The notes under the pieces: model-generated
What the model was told of the DNA's origin: nothing
The model's database searches: none
The model's input: only the letters and a program-made list of their open reading frames with translations
Made by a program: the position numbers and the translations under genes
Part shown: piece by piece, positions 1-10,267 of the stretch
Position numbering within the stretch: the first letter of the stretch is position 1
How the letters are laid out: each line of letters begins with the position of its first letter
NCBI GenBank assembly: GCA_963691875.1
Contig: OY829846.1
Location: 1,664,001-1,728,000, forward strand
Reading direction: 5' to 3'
Source of the DNA: Aureliella sp.
GTDB lineage: Bacteria; Planctomycetota; Planctomycetia; Pirellulales; Pirellulaceae
Length of the DNA: 64,000 nt

Positions 1-952
1 CCATCTGGCGGCAACCAGTGAATCTCGCTGATAGAGAGGCGAATTTTCGTAATCGCGTGACCAATTCCGGTGCCCTGGTAGACATGATCGTGGACATCTC
101 CAGAGATTGTATGTCCTTGCCCTACAATTGCACCAAGCAGGAAGAAGCTGGCACACCTTCAGATCCTAGATCTTTGTGAACCGATTGAACCAGAAGATTC
201 CGATGGTCTTCCAGCCCAACCAGCGTCAGCAAATGGAAGAGCCAAGAAATTCCGTGACAACGAGAATTTGAATTGGCTTTCCAAAACCTAGTTCCGTCAC
301 GAGTATGACGCCAAGGACAATCCAATACTCAAGAAGGTCAAGCGAAGCTTCAATACAGCCAGGAGCAAAGTAAAGGGTTCTTGATTCCTATTTTGAGCTT
401 CTAGATATTAGCGATCGCAGAAGAACTTATCTCATAGCAGTGAAGAGAAAAGAATCATAGGCGCCCCCGGTCTGTCAGCGAAACTGCTTCGTCTTGGCGA
501 CTACACGCACGAAGGAGTATTGCAGCTCATCGACGGCGATAGTGTCGAAAAGCCGTATGCAGCAATTGCTTTGCGAGGCCAATTCTCGTTTGCGACTTCT
601 GTTTAACGGTTCAAGTATGAATTAGATTGCTCGCTTGCGAAGCGACGAGTTCCGAAACCAAAGTAGAAAAGTCGTCGAAAGTCTGGGTTGTGCAAACAAT
701 CGTCGGCTTCTTGCGTTTTTAGGACTCCCATTTTGTAATGAGATGGGCTATCGAGTATCGGACTTTCGAACCGCTCTATAACTCACCGGCTTGTCTCCTA
801 ACGCATCCTTGACTCAATAAGTACGCCCTTGAGTTTGTTCACGTCGGAAGGCTTCTTTTCGATTTTTCGCGAGTAGGTTTTGTTCGCTTAGCCTGCCTCC
901 TACCTGGGCATCTCCGTTTGACTAACTCACCATTCTATTGGAGAGCTTCAAT

Positions 953-3112
953 ATGGCATCCTCTCTCCGAAATCTCCCCACTAAGTATCTTTGTTTTCTT
1001 GCTCTGCTACTTTCTTTGCCACTCGCCGTACGGGCGGACGAACTGGAAGAAACAGCATTGAAGATAACTCCTCGGGACGCAGCCTTCTTTTTCAGCAGTG
1101 TGCACTTAAAAGAAAGCTGGAATGATTTCTCGTCAAGCCGACTGATTACGCGACTTCGATCCGTTCCTTACACACAGAGATTAGAAGCAGCACTGTTGGC
1201 TCAGTGGGAGAAAGAAATTGAACCGCTGGGACAGCATCGAGCGATGTTGGAAAGTCCGATCGCTCAGAATGTGTTTGGCCTAGTCCGCCAGATACTTAGT
1301 GACGAAATCTTCGTTTACGATTCCTCAGAATGGAACGCAATGTTCGCAAAGCTTATTGCGTTTCAACAAGAAATTGCAGGAAGGGATCCAACCGAAGTCT
1401 TCGAATACTGGAAAAGTCTGATCAAGGAGAACATGGCGGGAATTGAAATCCCAACGACCGTGATCGGGTGTCGCATCGAGGACGTTGACAATGCGAAACT
1501 GCTGCTGGACGCCCTCGAAGGGTTGTGACGAACGCTCGGCTCACAAATCGACGAAGCTCTGCCATTCTTGGCAAAGCTGAAGCGTTGGGAATTCGAAGAA
1601 GGCCAATCTCTTGTTCTGAGCTCGGATACAAGTCTGATCCCTGTCGACGAGATGTCGGACGTGGAACAAGCAATGTTTGGAGACATGTTCAACCTCCTTG
1701 AAGACTATCAGTTATCTATTGGAGTCGGCGTCAAACACGGAATGTTATTGGTTGCAATCGGGCCAGAAGAGGAGCTGATAGAGGACATCGGCACATCTGA
1801 GAAATCCCTTTTGGATCACTCCTCCAAAGAATTTGTGCGTTCGCAAAACCCTAGGGGACTGCGAGGATTCAGCTACGTCTCCGAGGAGTTCGTACAAGGT
1901 CAATGGGAAGCAAACTTTGGAACATACTTCCAAAATATCGCCGGCGAGCTTCAAAAGCTTCTCTACGAGCAAGCCTTTCTGTACATGCTGGAGGAAGACA
2001 TTTCCGAATCACTCGAAGAGTGGAGTGATCAGATTCAAGCCGATGCAAAGTGGGTTGACGACCGAGTATGGTCCGACGATGAGTTGGTCTCGGAAAATCA
2101 AAGGTGGATATGAGACTCATGGCTACAGCGGTACAAAGTCAAAATTTAGCGTCAACACCGCTCCACTTCGTATTTTGTAAAATGCCGGCAGCTCGCCACT
2201 CCTACTGTTCGCGACCAAACAGGGTGAGAATGAGCTTACCCATGAAATAGTGATGTATCTATTGGAGAAAGCTCCAGGCCACATAAAGCGATTGCTGCAG
2301 ATCGCCGAGGAAAACGCAGAAGACCGGGCATTGGCCAATCGCGTGATTGATGAAGGCATGCCGATAATTCGTGACATGTACGATGTGATGCATGACATGA
2401 TCGGTATAGCGACGAGCGACAACGAGGCGATGTTGGTAATCAGCGGACAGTGGACGATGTCTGAGGATCCGTTTGGAAATCCACTTCCCGAGCCACTGCC
2501 GCTGCCAGAAGTTGCTGTGGCCTTCAAAGTGAAGGATCGAGCACTATTCGAAAAGGGCTGCGAAGAATTGCTTGATCAGATGGACAAGATCCTCAACATG
2601 TTGCGCAGCCTAGAACCGGATTTGATACCACCTGACTATCAGATTCCTCGGCCCACGACGGAAGACTGGAACGGCTCTACCAAGTACAGCTATCCTGAGC
2701 TGACGGCCCTTATGTCTGATGCTCTTCCGGGGCTCGTCCCACAAGTCTCCATCAGTGATGAAGCGGTTGTAGTGGGGTACAGCAAGGATCAAGTACAGGA
2801 GATGCTGTCGGCACGGCCTTTGCAACACAAACCCAATTGGCTCAAATCCAATACGCCGGTTTCAACCTTACTTATGTCGATTTTGCTGGAGCGATACGTA
2901 CCATCGGAAAGTGGGTCGAATTCATTATGTTGTCCAGCGGTGTCTCGATGGATGAACCTCTTGGACCAGGTACTGCAACAGAGCCTGTGCCAACGGGTGA
3001 GGAAATATTGCAGCTGTGGAGTTGCTTGACTACGCTTGGCAAGCTGGCCGTCACCACCAATGTACAAGAAGATGGAACGATCGTATCTCGTGCCGTATGG
3101 GTGGAAGATTAA
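953..3112 (+). pseudogene. Disrupted gene for a large secreted hypothetical protein (about 700 aa if intact)
   Basis: GGAGAG precedes the ATG at 953, which begins a signal peptide. Protein-like sequence continues through four ORF pieces, broken by an in-frame TGA (1526-1528), a frame change near 2060, an in-frame TAA (2178-2180) and a frame change near 2865. Confidence 0.7.
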
Positions 3113-3133
3113 CCGAAAGTTGGAACGACAAAT

Positions 3134-3164
3134 AAAAAGGGACGTGCGACTGTTCGCACATCCC
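3134..3164 (-). terminator. Probable intrinsic terminator of the DUF1573 gene
   Basis: Hairpin GGGACGTGCGA-ctgt-TCGCACATCCC with an A5 run on its left (a U-tract on the minus strand), lying between convergent genes. Confidence 0.55.
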
Positions 3165-3191
3165 TGGATGTTGTTTCAATTTTCACAAGTC

Positions 3192-4214
3192 TTATTTTTT
3201 GGCCGTTGGAATCTCAACGCTCTCCAACGCAAAGTCAACATCGAGGGCCAAGTCGTCCTCTTGCAAGTCTGTCTTGATCCAGATCTTTCCTGAATGATTG
3301 CCTGCAGCAAGTTCACCGGCAAGTAGATCTAGGTTCACCAAGTGTGCCTTGCGAGACTGTTCGATCGGTTCAAAGTCTACCTCAATCTCATCGGATCGAA
3401 TTCCCAAGATTCGGAATGGCTTCTTGCCTTTTACCACAATTCGCTTAGAGATCGAAGACTTAGGCTGAATCTTGCCAAGCTCGAGACGCGTGGGGCTGAG
3501 TTGAATCGCTGAGCGAACGTCACCGCTGATCGCGACGGGGACTTCCGTAAGGCGGCGATCATTCGTTCGCAATACCAGCTGCCCGTTGAAGAAGCCAAGT
3601 GGTGCATTGTCTTTGAGTTCAACGTTGAGCTTGTATTGAATGCGGCCGTTCTGGCGACCAGCTTCCTCAATGCTAGCTGAGATGAATGGTGAGTCAGACT
3701 TTACTTCTTGAATCGCCCAGTTGCTCCGACCAGCATAGGCGACATCAAGCGACAGCTTCTTGGACTCACCCAAAACGACTTCACCAAAGGCAGCCGACCC
3801 CGGCGCGACAACTACGTCGCTGCGAATGTAGCCGCGAACCGTTAGTTGCACTTCAGTGTAAATTGGCTTCACGATCGTGACTGTGACAGTCGCTTGCTTC
3901 TGCCCGGTGAAAGTTCCTGTATTGAACTTGGCAAGAATCGTACCGGTCTCACCGGGTGCGATTTTCTTGGTTTCGATCGTCGGAGTCGTACACCCACAGC
4001 TGGTGCGAATGCTCCCGAGCTCGATCGTCTTGTCAGAAGTATTCTTGATCGGAAAACGGTATTCTGTCTTCGCTGAGCGTGCGACGGTACCAAAGTCATG
4101 TGTGCGATTGTCCAGCGGGAACGCATCGCGAAGCCAGCTCGTGCTTTGTGCAACTCCGTTAGAGCAAAGGAACAGGCATATAAGCGGGGCGAGGCCACGG
4201 CAGAATCGAGTCAT
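3192..4214 (-). CDS. Secreted DUF1573-domain protein with Ig-like repeats
   Basis: Signal peptide, then HDFGTV...IKNTSDKTIELGSIRTSCGCT...IAPGETG, the typical DUF1573 SCGCT pattern. Confidence 0.85.
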   Translation of the reverse strand: MTRFCRGLAPLICLFLCSNGVAQSTSWLRDAFPLDNRTHDFGTVARSAKTEYRFPIKNTSDKTIELGSIRTSCGCTTPTIETKKIAPGETGTILAKFNTGTFTGQKQATVTVTIVKPIYTEVQLTVRGYIRSDVVVAPGSAAFGEVVLGESKKLSLDVAYAGRSNWAIQEVKSDSPFISASIEEAGRQNGRIQYKLNVELKDNAPLGFFNGQLVLRTNDRRLTEVPVAISGDVRSAIQLSPTRLELGKIQPKSSISKRIVVKGKKPFRILGIRSDEIEVDFEPIEQSRKAHLVNLDLLAGELAAGNHSGKIWIKTDLQEDDLALDVDFALESVEIPTAKK

Positions 4215-4735
4215 GACAGTCTCCAGCGAATTGGCGGGCGGATACTTGGGAGACTATAGATAGCGTTGGATGTAGCTAGAATCCGCAGAACTGTTACCGC
4301 TTCTCACTCGAAAGCAAGCTGTGCAGGTTTTGGCTTCGCCCTACCAATTGTCTCTTCTGTATATATCTCATAGTGGGGTGCAGGCCAGGAAAAGGCCAGA
4401 ATATTTTCCGAGGTTTGGGAAGTTTTTTCGGTGGATGGGCGGACAGCTGAGCTGGATGATTGGCAAATGTCTCTGGCGATTCAGATCCCGAACCGTGGCC
4501 GAGGCAACAAGACCAAGACTTAATCCGATAAAGAGCGAAGCGATATTGCGGAGGATTGGAGGGCGAGCCGGCGTCTGCGTGGGTAGGCGTTGAGCAAAGA
4601 AACGGGGATGCCAGTGTCTGCGGAAAATGGTGTTTTAACAAAGAACGCGCTCAATGCCAGCTGAATTCCCCCTCGTTGACGTTTCGGCTTGAGATGGAGG
4701 CGTCGGGGATTCGAGTCTCCTTCTACGAGCGCACG

Positions 4736-4784
4736 AAAAAAAAGCGGCCAGAATTTACCCGATGGGTAATCTGACCGCCTTTTT
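4736..4784 (-). terminator. Intrinsic, possibly bidirectional terminator downstream of the YTV gene
   Basis: A8 run, imperfect stem GCGGCCAGAATTTACCC-gat-GGGTAATCTGACCGC, then a T5 run. Confidence 0.6.
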
Positions 4785-4928
4785 GCTTAACTCCACCAGA
4801 TTTACATCCGGGCGGGTGAAAGGCATTGCAATTGGCAGTACTATAGCTTGTCCTCACCACCCAACCGGATGGACATCGCGTCGGTGCCAAAGCTCTGGCA
4901 CGATGCTCACCTCGAATTGGTGTTGAGA

Positions 4929-6695
4929 CTAGCAGCCGCATCCGCTGTCGCAGCTCATTTCGCAACCACAGCTTGGCTCAGCGTCACAGCAAGGCGCTGC
5001 ATCGCAGCAAGAGCTGCGCTTCTTGCATCCGCCGAAGAGCTTCTTCAGGATGCCAACGCGAGCTGCCTTGCAGCAAGATCCGCATGGGTCGCAAGCGTCT
5101 CCGCAGCCATTGCCACAACCGTTGTTTCCGCAGCCGCAGCACACTTCAACAGGTACTTGCTCGCAAACAACGCGTGGAACGCAAACCTCTACGGTGTAAG
5201 GAACGCAAACAGGAACTCGCTTGCAGACCTTGATAGTCTTTTGCTCGCAAGTTGGAACACATACGGTGTATGGAACTTGCTTGCAAACTGTTTCGCACTC
5301 GTAGCGGCAAGTGGTGTAAGTCTGAGTCTTGCACTCAGGAACCATCTTGCATGTGCGGTAGCACACGTCCTTAGTACGTTGCTCGCAAACCCACTCGCAG
5401 GTGCAGTAGTTAACCGTCTTGGTGCGGCATTCTGGAACCATCTTGCAGGTGGTGTAAGTGCAGGTACGTTGCTTGCACTCAGGAACCATCTTGCAAGTCG
5501 TGTAAGTGCAAGTACGTTGCTTGCACTCAGGAACCATCTTGCAGGTGGTGTAGTTGCAGGTACGTTGCTTCTGCTCGCAAACCATGCGGCATACTTGGTA
5601 TGTGCAGGTCTTGCTTCGGCACTCAGGAACCATCTTGCAAGTCGTGTAGTTTACGGTCTTGCTGCGGCACTCAGGAACCATCTTGCATACGGTGTAAGGA
5701 ACGCACTCGGTTACGCACTTAGTAACACATTTAGTGCATTGGATTTCCTTGGTTTCGCAAGTTGGAACCCAAACCTTCTTGCAGATCGTCCGTGGTGGGC
5801 ACTGGATGCACTCAACACGGCACTCGCCTGGGCAGTAAACGCACTTGCACTTGGAAGCGTCCCAAGTCCAGTTGCCTGGCTCGCGAACAGTTCGCTTGCG
5901 GACAGGACCAGGAATGGTTTCAGTCTTCTCTTCCCAGTGACCACCCTTAACCGTAACGGTACGGGTGTAAGGAACTTGCTCGGTAACGCGACGAACGACG
6001 TTACGTGTACGAGTTTCCTTTTGAGGAACCATGACGGTGTAGTTCACGACCTTGCTGTGCTGCTCGCGAACTGGCTTCAAGACGGTGTAATTGATAACTC
6101 GCTCGCGAGTTTCGTATACAGGTCGCTTCACGGTGTAGTTGATAACCTTGCTATGAGTTTCATAGACAGGCTTCATGACCGTGTAATTGATAACCTTGCT
6201 GTGCTTCTCATAAACAGGCTTCATCACTGTGTAGTTGATGACCTTGCTATGAGTTTCGTACACAGGCTTCATGACCGTGTAGTTCACTTGCTTGCTGTGT
6301 TGGTGATACACAGGGCGGCGAACGTTATAGGTCACCTGCTTCGTGTGGTTTTCATACACAGGCTTCATCACTGTGTATTGACGAGTCTTGGTCTCGTAAA
6401 CAGGCTTACGCACTGTTTGGTTGACCGTGCGGTAACGAGTCTCTTGGCGTGAGCCGCGGACGTTGATTACCTTGTCTTCCATCACCGTTTGGTATTCGGT
6501 GCGGGTGCGCTGCTCAGTTCGCTTTTCGTAAACTGTGCGTCGCACTGTCTTCATGACTGTGGTTGTCGCAGGGCCGCAGCCTCCAGAGACTTCACCGCAG
6601 TCTTGGTAGCTAATCGCACCACTGTAGTGGGCGTTAGCTTGTCCAGCGAACGCTGCCATACAGACAAGTGCTGGTACCAAAAACAGCCTTCTCAT
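4929..6695 (-). CDS. Secreted Cys-rich YTV-repeat protein (planctomycete envelope protein family)
   Basis: Signal peptide (AGQANA), tandem 16-aa YTV..KPVY repeats, then CKMVPEC repeats and a Cys/Gly-rich tail. Confidence 0.9.
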   Translation of the reverse strand: MRRLFLVPALVCMAAFAGQANAHYSGAISYQDCGEVSGGCGPATTTVMKTVRRTVYEKRTEQRTRTEYQTVMEDKVINVRGSRQETRYRTVNQTVRKPVYETKTRQYTVMKPVYENHTKQVTYNVRRPVYHQHSKQVNYTVMKPVYETHSKVINYTVMKPVYEKHSKVINYTVMKPVYETHSKVINYTVKRPVYETRERVINYTVLKPVREQHSKVVNYTVMVPQKETRTRNVVRRVTEQVPYTRTVTVKGGHWEEKTETIPGPVRKRTVREPGNWTWDASKCKCVYCPGECRVECIQCPPRTICKKVWVPTCETKEIQCTKCVTKCVTECVPYTVCKMVPECRSKTVNYTTCKMVPECRSKTCTYQVCRMVCEQKQRTCNYTTCKMVPECKQRTCTYTTCKMVPECKQRTCTYTTCKMVPECRTKTVNYCTCEWVCEQRTKDVCYRTCKMVPECKTQTYTTCRYECETVCKQVPYTVCVPTCEQKTIKVCKRVPVCVPYTVEVCVPRVVCEQVPVEVCCGCGNNGCGNGCGDACDPCGSCCKAARVGILKKLFGGCKKRSSCCDAAPCCDAEPSCGCEMSCDSGCGC

Positions 6696-7062
6696 TGTTC
6701 CCGTTCTCCTAAAACTTACGTGTGTACTGGATGTATCTGGTGGGGCGCCAGTCCGCCCATGGTGTTAAGCAAGCATTTCTTGGCAAAGCCTTTCAGCTTC
6801 CAGCGAAACACAAATCAGCTACAAAGGACCAAACCTGACAGTTCCTGCCGGAATCTGCGAGGCCTGGACAAGAGCCGCAACATGCGAAAGATGGAAAGTC
6901 TGCCCAGAATCTGCTCGTAGCAGGACTTACATCGACCGCCTAGATAGCATTGCTCAGGACATTTAGGTAAGCGCGTAAGTTTTGGAAGATTGCAGAGAAT
7001 GTTTCGGGTAGCTGAAATAGGCTACTACTTTTGCGCCGGCGGAAACGGTTATACTGCCTCCG

Positions 7063-7767
7063 ATGAATATGAACCCCTACGATCAAAATGAAGCGCCGAA
7101 TGACGAGAATACAGCTTCTGTCCCCACGGTTGGTTCTGAGGATATCCCCGCTGCAACGGCTAGCCGATTAGGACTTTACCTGCGCGAACTGCAGCATTTT
7201 ATGCGTAGCGGCACAGAAACGATTAAGAGCAATGCGCTCGGCCGGAGGTTGGGGCTTAGCGATTCGCAAATCCGAAGAGACCTGGCTCTTTTTGGAGAGT
7301 TCGGGAAACGAGGTGTGGGATACAACGTGGAGGGGCTGGTTCACGCCCTCCGCCGAGCTCTCGGTACCGATGGGACTTGGAATACGATTTTGGTCGGCCT
7401 TGGAAACCTGGGGAACGCGCTCGTTCGCTATCGAGGTTTTGAGCAACAAGGCTTCAGGCTGCAGGCAATTTTTGAAGCCGACGCCACCAAGATTGGCCAA
7501 GAAATCGACGGTATTCCGATTTACAACATCGAAGAGCTAGAAAAGATGGTGCCTCAACTGAAGCCGCAGATGGCGATTTTGGCGGTTCCTGTCGGTCCCG
7601 CACCAGCTCTTGCAAAGCGGCTGGCCGACCTCGGAATCTCGGGAATCCTGAACTTTGCTCCCGTCAGCTTGTCTATTAAGAAGGAAGTCCCCACGGTAGA
7701 CGTCGATTTGGCAGTGGAACTCCAAAGGCTGGCGTTTGCGGTTGTCAATTCGGACCGGTCAAGCTAA
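7063..7767 (+). CDS. rex: Redox-sensing transcriptional repressor Rex
   Basis: IPAATASRLGLYLREL, QIRRDLALFGEFGKRGVGY, VGLGNLG and GILNFAPV motifs. Confidence 0.95.
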   Translation: MNMNPYDQNEAPNDENTASVPTVGSEDIPAATASRLGLYLRELQHFMRSGTETIKSNALGRRLGLSDSQIRRDLALFGEFGKRGVGYNVEGLVHALRRALGTDGTWNTILVGLGNLGNALVRYRGFEQQGFRLQAIFEADATKIGQEIDGIPIYNIEELEKMVPQLKPQMAILAVPVGPAPALAKRLADLGISGILNFAPVSLSIKKEVPTVDVDLAVELQRLAFAVVNSDRSS

Positions 7768-7909
7768 TTTAGGCGATCAAAGAAATTGGGTAAAGCGTGC
7801 ACTAAAAAGTTGCCGATTCCCCAAAACCGACTCCCGCTGAGTGGAGGCATTCAGTAGACTCCGCATTTCTTCCGTGGAAGATTTTAAAACGAAACACAAG
7901 CGAACAGAC

Positions 7910-7980
7910 TGCCCGGTGGTGTAATGGTAACACTACTGATTTTGGTTCAGTCATTCATGGTTCGAGTCCATGCCGGGTAG
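7910..7980 (+). tRNA. tRNA-Gln (TTG)
   Basis: Acceptor stem TGCCCGG/CCGGGTA, anticodon arm ACTGA-TTTTGGT-TCAGT, T-arm CATGG-TTCGAGT-CCATG. CCA is not encoded. Confidence 0.95.
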
Positions 7981-7989
7981 CTTCGCTTT

Positions 7990-9264
7990 TCATACATCCC
8001 CTGGTTTCCGGCCAGGGGTTTTTTCGTCTCTATGGTCAGAATGCGCCCCCAAACAGGCCTGTGCAGCACCGCTTTTCGCACCGCTTTTTTGTATGCGATA
8101 AGCACCGAGTCCAGGCTTCTGTTCGTCGACGAAGTCAGTGGACTTAATCAGCCGGTAATTGCGTTCGGCAACCTGGGTAGTGTTGCCAATCCACAGACAA
8201 GCGCGGCGCAGACCTACTAGGTCCATCAAGTCAGTTTCGCGCGACGCACGCAGCGAATTGAAGAACTCCTTCCAAGGCTCATGCCCCGCCTTCCTGACCC
8301 ATCGCTTCAAGGTAGTTGCTGGGTTGCTTAGGTGTCGGCAGTGGGGAAGCACGTAGGCACTGTCCTGATTCCTCTCGTGCATCCGCTTCAGAAGTGGCGC
8401 TATTTCGTCGAAGATTGGCACCAAGCGATTTGCCTTAGCTTGTCGTTCAGTTTTAGGTGACTTAATGCAAATCGTGTTAGCTTCCCAGTCGATGTCATCC
8501 CAAGCTGGGTTCTGAATCTCAGACGGAATCCTACAGCCCAGCCAACGAGATAAAGCCAGCAAAAGAGCCCACTCTGTTTTCTCCTCTGGGATAATCGCAA
8601 TTACGTCCTCGATGATGTGCTCCGGCACGTACTGCTTATCTGCGACCCCCACGGCGACGGGAAGAGACCTCAGAACGAACTTGTTGGATTCGATAAGCTC
8701 CATTTCCACCGCATCGTGCAGCACTTCCCGGCAGCGTGCTAGACGCTTCTTAGCCGTGTTCTCGCCGATGGAGTTGAGCATGTGAGAATAGAAGCCTTTC
8801 GCATGGGCTCCAGTCAGGTCTCGCAACTTGATGTTCTTTGGCAGATAGCTCGTGCATTGGTTGAGTGCAATTTCCAACTGCTCAATGGTTCCTGGCTTAA
8901 CTGTTTGACGTTTGCGAGCCAAGAAGTCGGCTGAGTGCTCTTCCCAGGTGATTGTCTTGGTACGGTCTGGAGCAGAACAGAGAGACGCAGCAACTAGGTT
9001 CTCAAGTAGCCTTCCATTAACTGATTCAAGCCACTGCTGAACCTTTGGCGGAATGTCCAGTGCATTGTCTCTGGCTTCAACTAACTGTGTGATGAAGCCA
9101 TCTATTTCGACAGCAGCTTTTTCTGAGATGTTGCCAAGTCGAATCGTTGTACGCCTGCCATCTGGCAAGTAAACCTGACGCTTAAAAAGATACTTGCAGC
9201 CGTTCTTGGCTCGTTTTGCAACTTCTTTTTGTAGTGGCATGATGCTGACCTCCTGTTTGGTCAA
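7990..9264 (-). CDS. Tyrosine recombinase/integrase adjacent to the tRNA
   Basis: SAM-like N-terminal region plus GCRIPSEI, KSPKT, NSLRASRETDL, WIGNT and RNY motifs. The stop codon lies about 10 bp from the tRNA 3' end. Confidence 0.9.
   Translation of the reverse strand: MTKQEVSIMPLQKEVAKRAKNGCKYLFKRQVYLPDGRRTTIRLGNISEKAAVEIDGFITQLVEARDNALDIPPKVQQWLESVNGRLLENLVAASLCSAPDRTKTITWEEHSADFLARKRQTVKPGTIEQLEIALNQCTSYLPKNIKLRDLTGAHAKGFYSHMLNSIGENTAKKRLARCREVLHDAVEMELIESNKFVLRSLPVAVGVADKQYVPEHIIEDVIAIIPEEKTEWALLLALSRWLGCRIPSEIQNPAWDDIDWEANTICIKSPKTERQAKANRLVPIFDEIAPLLKRMHERNQDSAYVLPHCRHLSNPATTLKRWVRKAGHEPWKEFFNSLRASRETDLMDLVGLRRACLWIGNTTQVAERNYRLIKSTDFVDEQKPGLGAYRIQKSGAKSGAAQACLGAHSDHRDEKTPGRKPGDV
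7998..8024 (+). terminator. Intrinsic terminator after tRNA-Gln, overlapping the integrase 3' end
   Basis: CCCCTGG-tttccgg-CCAGGGG followed by T6. Confidence 0.75.
8066..8088. repeat. Tandem 11-bp direct repeat GCACCGCTTTT (candidate integrase arm-type sites)
   Basis: Copies at 8066-8076 and 8078-8088, about 90 bp from the tRNA end. They encode KSGAKSGA in the integrase tail. Confidence 0.5.
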
Positions 9265-9617
9265 CCCTGTGATTTGTAAGGGGCAACCGTACAGGTGACG
9301 GCGTTCGGCATGCCATCATCGGGTTGCCTAATGGTCCATAACGTCTCCGGTATCGAATCCGAATGCTTGATCGTTCGTCGGGGAAAGAGCTTGACTCATT
9401 CTTTGCTAAAGTCAGCTATGACGTAATGGTACGTCCGGGAGCATATCGTAAAATTCGATCGACTGTTTCGTCCGGTCCGCAAATCAAGACCTTTGAATTT
9501 GATGACGCAGCCCAACCCAAGAGTCCGGTGGAGAAATGGCTCGAACACTCCGCAATATTCATCGTGCACCATTCATCTGGGTGATGCTTTCAGTGTTCGT
9601 GCTGTGCAACGTCTGCG

Positions 9618-9992
9618 TTGTATTTGCGTTTTGGACGATCCACGCAAAGGTTCAAACAGATGCTATGTATGGCCAACTTTTTCCGTCCGGTTGATGCAGG
9701 TGACACTGGGTATGATGATTGGCCAGTCAACATCGTTGCTGCTTCGTTTGGCCTCACTGATGGAAACAACGCACAGCAGTCGATATCAGCGTATCTCATG
9801 ATCGCGGCGATTGTCCCCGTAATAGGTGGAACGGTGCATGCTCTGAGCACGCTGTCCCAAACGTCACAGACACTCGAAAAGAACGATGCTAGCCCTGTGG
9901 CTGAATCGGCTTTGCTGGTTGTCAACGGTGTTGTGCTCGCGGCTTTTTTGATATTGCTCTGTTCCGGCAACGCATTTCAACCATGGACTTAG
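9618..9992 (+). CDS. Possible small membrane protein or gene fragment
   Basis: Two hydrophobic segments in the C-terminal half. The start is unclear. Confidence 0.25.
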   Translation: MYLRFGRSTQRFKQMLCMANFFRPVDAGDTGYDDWPVNIVAASFGLTDGNNAQQSISAYLMIAAIVPVIGGTVHALSTLSQTSQTLEKNDASPVAESALLVVNGVVLAAFLILLCSGNAFQPWT

Positions 9993-10267
9993 TTGCCAAA
10001 TTCCAATCCGTCACTGACAAGAAGCCTAACCACACTGCAATGCGTATAGCACCACCATTCACGTAGCGGATCACGACCGAGCTGTAGCCTCTCGCCCTGC
10101 TGTAGTCGCGAATCGCTCCGCGAGCGCTGTGTGCTTCGAATGACATAGCTCCGTTATTCATGCCGCGCGACTTACCCAGCGGAACAAAAATACTTGGGTC
10201 GCTTGTATGTTGCACGCGCTACGATCGCAGCGTGATCAGCGACTATAATTTGTTCACTCAGAACAGA

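Noticed and set aside
121..384. Protein-like plus-strand frame interrupted by TAG at 289-291
   Set aside because: It is at the window edge with no recognisable family, so coding remnant cannot be distinguished from chance.
1526..1528. In-frame TGA as possible selenocysteine
   Set aside because: The context (LEGL*RTLG) is helical with no redox motif, and the gene has three other lesions.
3171..3188. TTGTTTCAATTTTCACAA as a Rex operator
   Set aside because: It has three mismatches in one half-site and lies between convergent genes.
5330..6390. 48-bp periodic DNA repeats as a CRISPR array
   Set aside because: They are in-frame coding repeats with no unique spacers, and no cas genes are present.
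4848..6452. 534-aa plus-strand ORF
   Set aside because: It is the antisense shadow of the repetitive, codon-biased YTV gene.
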